Below are positions 25,401 to 37,400 of a stretch of DNA of 64,000 nt, piece by piece; the stretch's first letter is position 1, and every line of letters begins with the position of its first letter. The translations under genes and the position numbers were made by a program. Source of the DNA: Chiloscyllium plagiosum (taxonomy: Eukaryota); assembly GCF_004010195.1 (NCBI RefSeq), contig NC_057719.1, positions 86,040,056 through 86,104,055 on the forward strand, written 5' to 3'. Below the pieces are notes generated by a model. That model was not told the origin of the DNA. It did no database searches and was given only the letters and a program-made list of their open reading frames with translations.

Positions 25401-28400
25401 ACCACCAGATGGCCTCCAAGCCACACACTGACCTTATTTGCAAATCTGTCACTGTTCCTTCACTGTTACAGGATTAAAACTCTGGAACACCCTTACTATA
25501 GGTGTAATACGTAGACAGTACCCTCCAAATCCATGGCCCACTTCCATCTAAAATGACAAGGGTAGCAGATACATGAGAACACTATCACATGGAAGTTCCC
25601 CTCTGAGCCACTCAACATCCTGACTTGGAAATACATCGCTGTTCCTTCACTGTTGTTGGGTTAAAATCTTGGAATTCCCTCCCTAAGGGAATTGTTTTCA
25701 ATCTACAGCATAGATTGCTACAACTGCAATCTGTAGCAGTTCAAAAGGGCAGCTCACCACCACCTTTTTAAGGCAACTAGTGATAGGCATTCAATAGTGG
25801 CTCAGACAGCAATGCTCATGGCCTATGAATGAACAAAAAAAACCTGTACAACAGTCAAACTCCCATCGATAAATAAACCTGATCGACTCCCACTCACCTG
25901 CATCATTCACAGCTGTGCGCATTTCATAGCTATCAATTACGCCAGAATTATCCTTGTCATATTCCTTAAATATTTCCTGCAAAGAATCAGTAAATCATAA
26001 TGAAAACATATCTTTGTGAGCATGAGGCCAGAAATACAGTTACTCGATCATAGCTGATAAATGAGGTTGTGGCACAGTTATTGGCTCTGATTTTCACCAT
26101 GACAGAAAGCAACCTTCTTGCAGCAATAAATGCCAGAAGGAATCAAAATCCCAAGTCTTGCTCCAAAATCTGGCCTTTCTTATATTTGTAAAGCTGATAT
26201 TGGGACTGGGATTGGAGGTGGTTCATGCATTCCCAGTTCCTAGGGGCAACTGGCCAGTTAATTAGGATTTTGGAGTCCTTGGTGTCTAGACCACAGGGTA
26301 TAGGGTGGTATTGATGGGGCATAGAGTGAGTGTGTGAGAGCCAGAGGGATATTTTATGTTTTATTAAACAATGAACACAAAACTGAGGCCCCAAAGCAGG
26401 CTTTCTGCCCAGCTGAACTTGGGAACTGAGCAGCCTCTTAGGGTTTCTCCTTGTCACCCAGTTCTATGCATTACCCAACATTGTTGTGGGACCAAATGTG
26501 GGAACAGCAGGCAGCCATTTCAGAAATCTGGTTTTGTAGAGCTAGGATATCTCTTGCTTCTGCACATCTGGCACTGGGGAAACAAAACAGCTATTGTATC
26601 ATGTCAACTGACAGTAGGGATAAATGGGGAACTCTCAGATTAGCAAGCTATTACAGAAAGCACAAGAGCAAGTGTTGGGGCCTTAACAAGATACAACATA
26701 CAGAAATTACTTGGATGGAAAGGATTAAATATGTGGATACTAAAATTGCTGATGACACAAAGAAAGGTACAGAAATAAACTGATGTATGCCATAAGAAGT
26801 CTGCTAAGGGATTTAAATAGGTTAAGTGAGAGGGCTAAAAATTGATTGATGGAATGTAATGCAAAAGATGTGAAGTAGTGCTATTTGACAAGAAGAAAAG
26901 CAGCATATTATTTAAATAGAGATAGACTGCAAGACCAGGAGGGACAAAGGTGTCCTGGTACATGAATCACAATAAATTAGCATTCAGGTACAGTAAGTGA
27001 TTACATGACTAGAACTGGGAGACAGAGTTCAAAAACTAGGGAGTGTCCTATTTAACATGGTGACAGGTGATTTGTTTTCTTTCTCAGAGATTCATTGATC
27101 TGTGATATTCTCTTCCCCAGAGAGCAAGGGCTGCTTCATTGAAAATATTTATAGTGTGTTTGACAGATTCCTGACTGATCAGGAAGTAAAAGGATATAGG
27201 AGTAAGACAGGAAAATGAAGTTGAAGCCACGATCAGATCACTCAATCTTATCGAGTGGTAGAGTTGAAAGCCTGGAAATACTCAAGCTTCTAATTCATAT
27301 GTTCATGATGAACCAAGGCTAGAATAGTTACTGGATTATATCTCAGGAACTGAAGTCAGAATATAGTCACAGAATCATAACTGAGAGACCGACGACAGAA
27401 TACAGTTTCTTAATTATGTCTGAGGAACTGGAGGCAGAATATGTGATGAGATTGAGGTCATGAATATTCATCATCATATTGGGACTGTCACAGTTCAGAG
27501 CCAAGGATTAGCCCCTTTGCTCACTACTGAATGACCACAATCCATTTTTAATTTATTAGTGGTTTTAAATTGCAATCGCACCAACTAACAGTCCTAAGTG
27601 ATGCTAATTTGTAATGATGCTGGACCTTGAATCACCAGCTGATCTGGCTGACAGTGCATGCTTTAAAGGAAGTGGAGTGCAAATCAGACTTTTTTTTGGT
27701 ATATCTGGTCAGATTGTTTCATACATGGATGAGGCATCAAGGTGTTAATTCTCTCAAGGTTTATGTTTTAAACTGTTCACACTATTAGAGAAAGTGTCAT
27801 CTCAGGTGAACAACCCATTCAATAGCCGAGTGTGTGATCGCGCTACAAAGAGTCATACTGCCCCATTTAAACTTGGAAGGTTGTAGGTTCAATCCCTGAT
27901 CTGTGCTGTAGGTATGACTACAGATTCAGGCTTGGCTGTGATAGTGGAGACAACAGTAGAGACATGTGATAGTGGTATTTGTATTGCTGATGTCTGTGAA
28001 ATAGTATGCTCGTATTATGGAAGGATAAACAAACATCAGGCAGAAAAAAGAAGAGCCTGAGGACAGCCCTGGTTACGTGCTGCAGACATTAAATCTAATT
28101 TCACTGGAAATCTAAAAACTAGGTAAATTATTTGCAATTGGCTTTGATCAAGAATTGGCGCACAATGTTGTTTGACCTCAGTGACAGTGAAGAAGGGACA
28201 AGGGTCTTGGCAGAGGAAGACTCCCTAAATCTGGACTACTTCCTCCACTGCTGAGTTGCCTGGGTAATCCGATAAATCATTAGAAATGGGCGGCAATGAA
28301 TTATGACTCCATATAGTTCTACAATTATAGACAGAAGCTTATCAAATATTTGCTTAACATTTCTACAAGTCCTGTTAGCCTAAGTGGGCAATACCTGGCT

Positions 28401-31400
28401 GCATTATGCTTTGCAAATACTAATTTTAAAGATGTTGAACCCATTCTAATTCAGACATGATACACCATGATATAGATACCATAAACCCTCCAGCGCTTCA
28501 TACCTGCCATGTCTTAATCTTATTCCAGAGCTGCTTAAACTCCATCAAATTAAGCTTTCCAGATCCATCTGTCTGCCGTCGGTAATGTTAAGGAAGACAA
28601 TGAAAGATAATACAAAATAGTGGTAGTCCAGCAATGGTAATGAGATCATTCACATTTGACTTCTGATGGGACAGTGTCAATATTACATCCAAATCAGTAC
28701 ATATTGTTCTTTAGAAAATTGACTATGCGGCCTATTACATTTACTGCTGGACTTAATTTGTAAGTATGAAAACAAATGAACATAATTAAATAATAGCAGT
28801 CGGTATTAGATTGATGCACCGTCAGTTTATTCCCCATGTCTGTAACAAATTGAAAGTGTTAGCCTTATTCCAAAATAATAAATTAATCAGACCTTTACCT
28901 GATTACCTCATCATAAGGAAGCTATTATTGTCCTTGACAAGAGGTATAGGGGAGCAATGAAGATATTGAAGAGATCAGGAATTTATCATGCAAGGAAACT
29001 GAAACATTTGGCTTTGGTTTCAGTGGAAAAGAGGAAGCGACATGGTGAACTGATTGATGTTTTCAGGATTATTGACAGAACTGACAAAGCTGACTTTGTT
29101 TTCAATGGTAATGACTTTGCATTTCAGTGGATGATGCAAGTCAAAATAAGTTTTCAGGAAGAAGAAATATCTTTGTGGCAAATTTAATTGTGGCTTTTTC
29201 AGTTCTAATACTGTAACATGGTCATGAAAATCAAGAATTCACGCTCCCTGAATCTCAACAAAGTTACAGTGAGAGACGCCTCAAGAAAATGCTCAGTTGT
29301 GGGCGGCACGGTGGCACAGTGGTTAGCATTGCTGCCTCACAGCACCTAGCACTGCTGCCTCACAGCGCCAGAGACCCGGGTTCAATTCCCGCCTCGGGCG
29401 ACTCACTGTGTGGAGTTTGCACATTCTCCCCGTGTCTGTGTGGGTTTCCTCCGGGTGCTCCGGTTTCCTTCCACAGTCCAAAGATGTGCAGGTCAGGTGA
29501 ATTGGCCATGCTAAATTGCCCGTAGTGTTAGGTAAGGGGTAGATGTAGGGGTATGGGTGGGTTGCGATTCGGCGGGGCGGTGTGGACTTGTTGGGCCGAA
29601 GGGCCAGTTTCCACACTGTAAGTAATCTAATCTAATCTAATCTACTTTAAAAAGACAAAGGAGTTGTGAAATAAGTAACCAGGAAAGATCATTGAAGCCA
29701 ATTGTTAAAAGTCGGTTTAAAGGACAATGTTTAGATTAGATTAAATTACCCACAGTGTGCAAACAGGCCTTTCGGCCCAACCAGTCCACACTGACCCTCC
29801 AAAGAGTAACCCACCCAGACCCATTTCCCCTCTGACTGATGCACCTAACACCATGGGCAATTTAGCATGGCCAATTCACCTGCCCTGCACATCTTTGGAC
29901 TGTGGGGGGAAACCCACGCAGACACAGGGAGAACATGCAAACTCCACACAGACAGTTGCCAAGGCTGGAATTGAACCTGGGACCGTGGTTCTGTGAGGCA
30001 GCAGTGTTAACCACTGAGCCACCATGCTGCCTACTGGAAAGAAAAACAATGGCAAAGGTAGATCAATAAAACTGAATTATTTTAGGGGAATTGTGATTTT
30101 CTGCCTGCTCTTGTTCCCAAAAGGTTTAACAAACATTTGCAGATTAACTCTACTATTTCAGGTGACTGCATTATCATTAAAAGCTGTATCTCATGAGTAC
30201 ATTTCCAATAACTGTTGGTGCTCTTCAGTAAAGTTATATCTTAGCAAATTTTAAGGGAAAAATTGTTTTAGTGAAAACACAACAAACAGAAACAAAGTTA
30301 AAGGCAAGGGATCAGAGAACTTGGTTAAACTTTTTGATACGAATATAAATTCAACTTAGCCTTGACCCGGTGCTGAGTTAATTGATCACAAACAAGCAGT
30401 GCAATTAGCTACAATCAGTATCAGTCCTCAGTCGTGGCAGATGGAAATGGGACTGGTTTCTCTTTCTTTCAATTGTCACCCAGTAGTTTCTGCAGTAATT
30501 AAATGAATATGGAAATCAGGTGAGGACTGCTTTGTGGAGAAAGTGAGGACTGCAGATGCTGGAGATCAGAGCTGAAAATGTGTTACTGGAAAAGCGCAGC
30601 AGGTCAGGCAGCATGGTCAGGAAGAAGATTGCAGGTTAGGAAGGCGGTGCTGAGTTCGAGGGATTTGACTGAGACAAGGTGGGGGGAGGGGAAATGAGGA
30701 AACTGGAGAAATCTGAGTTCATCCCTTGTGGTTGGAGGGTTCCTAGGCGGAAGATGAGGCGCTCTTCCTCCAGCCGTCGTGTTGCTATGGTCTGGCGATA
30801 GAGAAACGTGGCTGAAGAGCTTCTGGGCAAGGAGATGACCTGGGGTGTGCAGTGAGAGAGGGACTCACTGAAATCTTGCTTTGTGTTCTGCTGTGATATG
30901 CCCTACAGTTCACCAATTATACAAGACTCACATATGAATAGCAGCCATTTAGCAAGACACTGAAGACTCGTCAGTGCCTATTGATCCAATGCAAGTCAGC
31001 TCCATTAGAGTGAAAGAGGAGAAAACAAGACAAACAAAGGCAATCCAAAAAGAAAATTGCGTGGATACATAAGCTAACTCCAAAATTTTGATTTACATGC
31101 AAAATTGAGGTCAGCTGATCCCTTCTCCAATAAAATGGTGCTGAGAACAATTGTATGGCAGCTATGGTTATCCAGCCTGGAAAATAACTATCTCAATATT
31201 GGCCAACAACCTAACACAGAACCTTTGCAGATTTCAGACTGATCACGCATTGTTCCCTTAAGTCTTCTAAGGAGTTAATGACACACCTCTAACCAACTTA
31301 CATCATTGAATCCTCAAGACATTTTGTTGAGTTTGAAGTGAAAGTAAACATGTCTTAGACAATCACCTATAAAAAAAATGCATGTAACAGAGAAGAAGAA

Positions 31401-34400
31401 AGGATACATCCATGAGGGCAACCATACTACGACAAGACTCAAGACTGAACCCTTCGGTTTTCATTTTGTCTGAGGACAAAGAACATCTATTATTCACAAT
31501 CAGTGAATTATGCATCAAAAAAATTTAAATATTATGGAAAGGAATGAAAGGGAAAAGGAACAGAGAATAGTAGGAGTGCAAACCTCCTCTCATAAAGTCT
31601 GGAGCATCCCACTGCCTATATGTATTATAGTGACATTCCTATACAGTTTGCAGGTCCTTTTAATAGTGCACCTTGAACCAATAATACATTAAGGGGCCCC
31701 TTTTCAGTCACAAAATGACACATCTCTTAGGCAGTCAGGAATTGAATCCAGACCTACAGCTCAGAGGTAGGGCACTACCAATGTTCCACGGACTCTTTGG
31801 GGGAACCTTAATTGTTCATTTTTTTTCACTGATCAACTTGTTCCATGATGGCAAAAATATAAAGAAAGAAGTGAATTTATACAGTACATAATACACCCTC
31901 AGGAGATCCCAAAGGACTTTATAGTGAATTAAGTAATTTGGAATGTTGTTAATTTGGAATGTTATAACTGTAGTAACCTTGCAAAAGGCCACCACAGACG
32001 AGAAAATTCAACACTGGATCAGCGGCACCAGCTCAGTGTTCTACAAACTAAAGCACTGAGTGCTTGACAACTGAACCCTCTGCAAGCCACTACAGGTCCC
32101 AGTTTACAGAGCTGTTGGCATCATCACACCCCTGTATATTAACATGGAGACTTGGACTGTGTACCAGCGATAAATATAACCACTATAAGAGCCTAAAATA
32201 CAGGAGCAAATTTAGACCATTCGGCCTATTGCTGCACTTTTGATCATGGCTGATATGTTTCCATTTCCCTGCCTTCTCCCCATAACTATTGATTCCCTTA
32301 CCAATCAAGAAATGATCTGTCTTAAATAGTGTCAATGATTTGGTTCCACAGGCCTCTATGATAAAGAGTTCCACAGATTAACCACTCTCTGGCTCAGTTC
32401 TCAAGGATCATCCCTTCACTCTGAAGCTGTGCTATCAGGATTTGCTCTCTCCTACGAGTGGAAAATCTTCTCCATGTCCATTCTATCCAGGCCTCTCATT
32501 ATTCTGTAAGTTTCAATCAGATCCCTCCTCATTTTTCTGAAATCCACTGATTACAGACCGAGGGTCCTCAACGACTCCTCTTATGACAAGTCTTTCATCC
32601 CCGGGATCATTATTGTAAAGCTCCTCCAAAACTAATATATTCTTTCTTTGAAATGGGGCTCAAAACTACTCACAATATTCCAAATGTAGTTTGACTAGAA
32701 CCTTATACAGCCTCAGCAGTACATCTCGTGTCTTGTATTCCTGCCCTCTTGAAATGAATGCTGATATTACATTTGTCTTTGTACCTGACAATTGATCCTG
32801 TATGTTAACCTTTGCAGAATCTTGAACTAGGACTCCCAAGTCCCTTGATGCTTCAGATTTCTGAAGTCTTTCCCTTTTAGAAAATAGTTTATGCCTCTAT
32901 ACTTCCAACCAAAGTGCATTACCTCATACTTTCCCACATTGTATTCCATCTAACACTTCTTTGCCCGTCCAAGTCTTTCTTCAGTCTGCCCACTTCCTCA
33001 ACACCACCTGTCCATCCACCTATCCCTAGTAACAATGCCCTCTGTTTTTTTCATTTAGATCGTTAATGTATTACACGAATAATTGTGGTCTCAACATGGA
33101 CCCCTGCTGAACTCCACTAGTTGCTCGATGCCAAATTGAAAAAAAATCCCTTTGTCCTCACTCTCTGCCTTCTGCCAGTCAGTCAATCCTCTATCCATGC
33201 CAGTACCCTGTGACTGACTGACTGACTGACTTGCTCCCAAATGTTCAAAATATTGATATCTTTTTTATCAAGCTTTCAGTCTAAATGTCTGAATGATGAG
33301 GCAGAATGACAATACAAAAGAAACGGAAACAAATCCCACCCTCTAAATCCCACTGCATCATGAGATTAGATTAGATTCCCTACAAGTGTGGAAACAGGCC
33401 TTTCGGCCCAACCAGTTCACACCGACCCTCTGAAGACCCATTTCCTTCACCCATTTCCTTCTGACTAATGCACCTAACACTATGGGCAAAATGTTCCACC
33501 CTATGTGCCTAAAACCCCATAGAAACCCACAACAGCAGTATGAGACATTGGTAAGGCCACATTTGAAATACCACATACAATTTTGGTTGCCCTGCTATAG
33601 GAAAGATGTTATTAAACTGGAAAGGGTGCAAAAATGATTTGCATGGATGTTGCCGACAATGGAGGGTTTGAGTTATAGGAGAGGTTGGATAGGTTAGGAC
33701 TATTTTCCCTGGAGCATAAAAGGCTGAAGGGCGACCTTTCAGAGGTGCATAAAATCACAAGGCATAGGTAAGGTGAATAGCTAGGACTTTCCCCCAGGGT
33801 AGGGCAGTCCAAAACTAAAAGGCATAGATTTAAGGTGAGAGGAGAAAGATTAAAAGGGACCTGAGGGGCAACCTTTTCACACAGAGTGTGGTGTCTATGT
33901 GAAATGCGCTGCCAGAGAAAGTGATAGGAGCAAAATTACAACATTTAAAAGACATTTGAACAAGTACATGGATAGGAAAGGTTTAGAGGGATTTGGGCCA
34001 AACACAGGCAAATGGAAATAGTTCAGTTTAAGAAACCTGGTTGGCATGGATGAGTTGGGCCAAAGGGTCTGTTTCTATGCTATATGACTCTATAATGATG
34101 TGACTCTAGTCTCACAACCCAGAATAGATGTCATCATTGAAATGAGGGATAGCCTACAAATCCATCACCTGCACTACCTAAATGCATCGGTTCAAGAGGT
34201 GGCTCACTAGCCTTTCACAAGGACACTTTCAATGGGCAATGTCTCCAGTTGCAGCCAGCGCTGACCAGATATTATAGATGAAACAAGTGAATTAGAATGT
34301 CACCAAAGCCATCATGAAAACATAGTTCAACTTCCGAGGTAACGTTGCATACATTTGGTATTATCGCACACAACTTTATTCTACCAATCAGGTTTCTGGT

Positions 34401-37400
34401 TTAATCGGTACTTACGTTTTTTAACAACACGGTTTAGGATATTCTTCAGTTCCAATGCAGAGATCTGCATGTCCTGTGGCGAACAAAATAAAACACTTAC
34501 ATTTTGTTACAAACTTAAGTTCAGAGTTTGTCTTTCCTCCACTACAACTCTGCAGCATTTCTTGTTACTTTGAAACAATAATAAACTTTCCTTTAGGCCT
34601 GTTAGTTATGAAAAACAATAATTTTTTGTTTGGGGGAAATATTCAACAATTCTATCGAGGGGGAAATATTCAACAATTCTATCGAGGTAATGACAAGAAT
34701 ATCAATCGACTGACAGCAGTAGTACCTCAACCAATATCATCAACTGATGCCGGGGTAACTGCTGATTTCTGCAACCCCATTAAGATTATGCTGTTAGTTA
34801 AGATTGCCTTTCCATCTTATTCCTATCAAGTCTAACACCTCAAATTTCATTACATTACATTTCATTAAGCATGTATTTGCCTTTTCACCAGTCTATATCA
34901 TCCTGAATTCTGTCACAACTTACAACATTTCTGTCTGTCATTTGCAAACTTAGATGCATGCATCACTAATATATATCATAGAACTCAATCAAGTTGGTGA
35001 AACATCAATTGTCTTTTTAACAATTCTTAGCCAGATGTTATTTGTCAACACAAAATTTTCCAAGTGATAATCAATTTATCTTGGAAATTTTGTCTTTAAA
35101 ATTGCCCCACCAATGAAATTAGGTTGATTTGTCTATGTTTGCCAACTTTAACCTGCTCCTCTTTTCTGAATATGGGTGTAACATTTGCAGTCCCCAGGTT
35201 TCTGGTGCCACTTCCATTGTGAGAACCAGGTTCTGGCCCCAGCCTCACTGGAAGGAAGTGCTAATAGCAGTCAGTAATACTTACATCTCCTGAAATCTGT
35301 TCAAAAATACGGCGGAACTGGAGGTCTTCCTCAGTCTCCTCCTGAGCTATTGTCGACAAAGGCTGACAATGGAAAGAAACTTAATCACTTAGCATCTCAG
35401 GAAAGACATTTGCATCAAAAGCCAATTGCAATACGTGTAAAAATAATCAAAGACAGCAACTAGTATGAGCAGCTCTAATATTGTTAAAAGCCTGCAGTGT
35501 GCCCTGTTGACAAGCCTGTAATGGCTGGTTACTCAAAAGGCCTCTGATGGTCAGATCTGGCAAATGCTGATGGTCAGCATACGAACAGGTAACCCCCATA
35601 GATGACCACTGACAGTTCTATTCCATAATTCTTTTATTGCACTAGTTTTAAGCAGTCAGAAGCACATTTATAATCTGACAGAAAACATTACTTGCAGTGT
35701 AAGGGTAATATTCCAAACCAATCAAAACATTGGGTTACTTTAGCTGCTCATGTTTCTCATTTTTAATTGTGCCATCTACAAAAATCCAGGCTATGCTGCA
35801 GATCAGCTTCAAATCATCATGCGCCTGCACACTGATAGTTTACTTTCCTCAAGCCGAAATATAGACAAGCATGTAACCTCTTTCCCAGCATGCACAAGCA
35901 GAACTGTTCTAACTGCATTGCCTTAAAGATATCATTTATTCATTGAAATCCAGCTTTTCAGCCATAATAGAAGATTACTATTTGTATTTCTATCACATCT
36001 GACTGATAAATTCATAAGAAAGGATTGAAGGATGCGCAGTCAATTCTACATAAGGAAATCTTTCATTAAAAATTCCCTTTAACAAACATGCCTCATAATC
36101 AGGATCATATAAAGGAACATTCTGGCAATAGCCCTTATGTTTAAAACTCTAACCACATTTGCTGTCAAATGTGAATGTATCCTATCAGAAGTCAGGTTCT
36201 GTTGGTAATATGGTGTGTGTGTGTGTGTGTCCCTCTTTTCCTAGAATTCAGCTTTACTGCTGTGACTGTCTCTGTAGGAGTCAGATCCTGTGATGAGACT
36301 GTCGAGCTGTAGGGGGTAAAGGCCCTTTCATGTGATAGTCTTCCCCTAGGAGTAAGGTCCTACTAGTTATTCCCTCTCTCTCCAAGAATCAGGTTCTTTT
36401 GGTGAGGATGTCTCTAACTAGGAATGAGTCCCTGTTGGTGACACTCTCTCTATCTAGGAATGAGTTCCTGTTGGTAAGACTATCTAACTAGGAATAGGTT
36501 CCTGCTAGTGAGACTGTCTCTATCTAGGCAATATATCAAATCGGTGAGACTGAATCTAGAAATGAGTTCCTGCTGGTGAGACTACCTCTCTCCAAGTCAG
36601 GTCTCAGTGGTTTAACTGTCCCTCTCTAAGAGACTAACCTGGTGAGATGAATTAATTCCCTCCAGCCCCATTTTCTTCCCATACATCAAGCACCTTCTAA
36701 TTCTTTCCCATTTGTTCATTCACAGATGCATTTCGAAATCCCCATATTTATTTTGACCACAATTTCTATCCTCAAAGAAAATTCAAAGATATGAGTTTGC
36801 CCTGAGGCTCTTGAAATCTGTCATACACCACTTTGTGTGTCAGGATTTTCAGTATAAGTGTCTCTCTACTATTTAAAGTCCATTGTGAATGGCAAAGAGC
36901 AGTGCATAGCATATTTCACTGATTTCAGGCTATTGCAGTCCAAGCCATGCTAGTACATGGAAAAACCTTGGCTTTTCTCATATCTTCTGCTTTTTTCTCC
37001 TTCGCCGTCCTCGAGTCTACAGTGTTCTTACTTCTATCAGAAACAAAGATGATTGGCTAGAGGAAAGAAGGAGTTGTTACATATAATGAAATGGAGATTG
37101 CTAGAGATGCAGTATTGTTTTGACAGGTGCCTTGAAGTACAATGACTCGAGTTCTGCTTCAGTTGATTTAGCAGAATGAGCAGATGACCCATAAGAGCAG
37201 GAAAGTGCCTTCATTGATCAACGTGCATTGAGCTGACTGGTCTTAACCAGGCAGTTCTGGGGTTGACTATCACTAGCTTAGCGCTGGGGAAAATTGGGAA
37301 CCCCTGACAACCCTCATCATCCAAATTCACTTTGGTGAGGTAGTGAAAGGCACCTGATAACTGCAGTACCTGACCCACAGAAGAAAGGATTAAGTACTGA

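Larger units (their letters stand above)
28573..31407 (-). other. U12-type (minor spliceosome) GT-AG intron, capn3 intron 19
   Basis: Donor GTATCCTTT, branch site TTCCTTAAC (28587-28595) ending 14 nt before the exon, no polypyrimidine tract. Confidence 0.93.

Noticed and set aside
29301-29395. tRNA-like sequence with A and B boxes
   Set aside because: SINE head, continuous with V-domain and tail; not a tRNA gene.
36260-36650. CRISPR-like repeat array
   Set aside because: Eukaryotic intron; degenerate head-to-tail units with no unique spacers.
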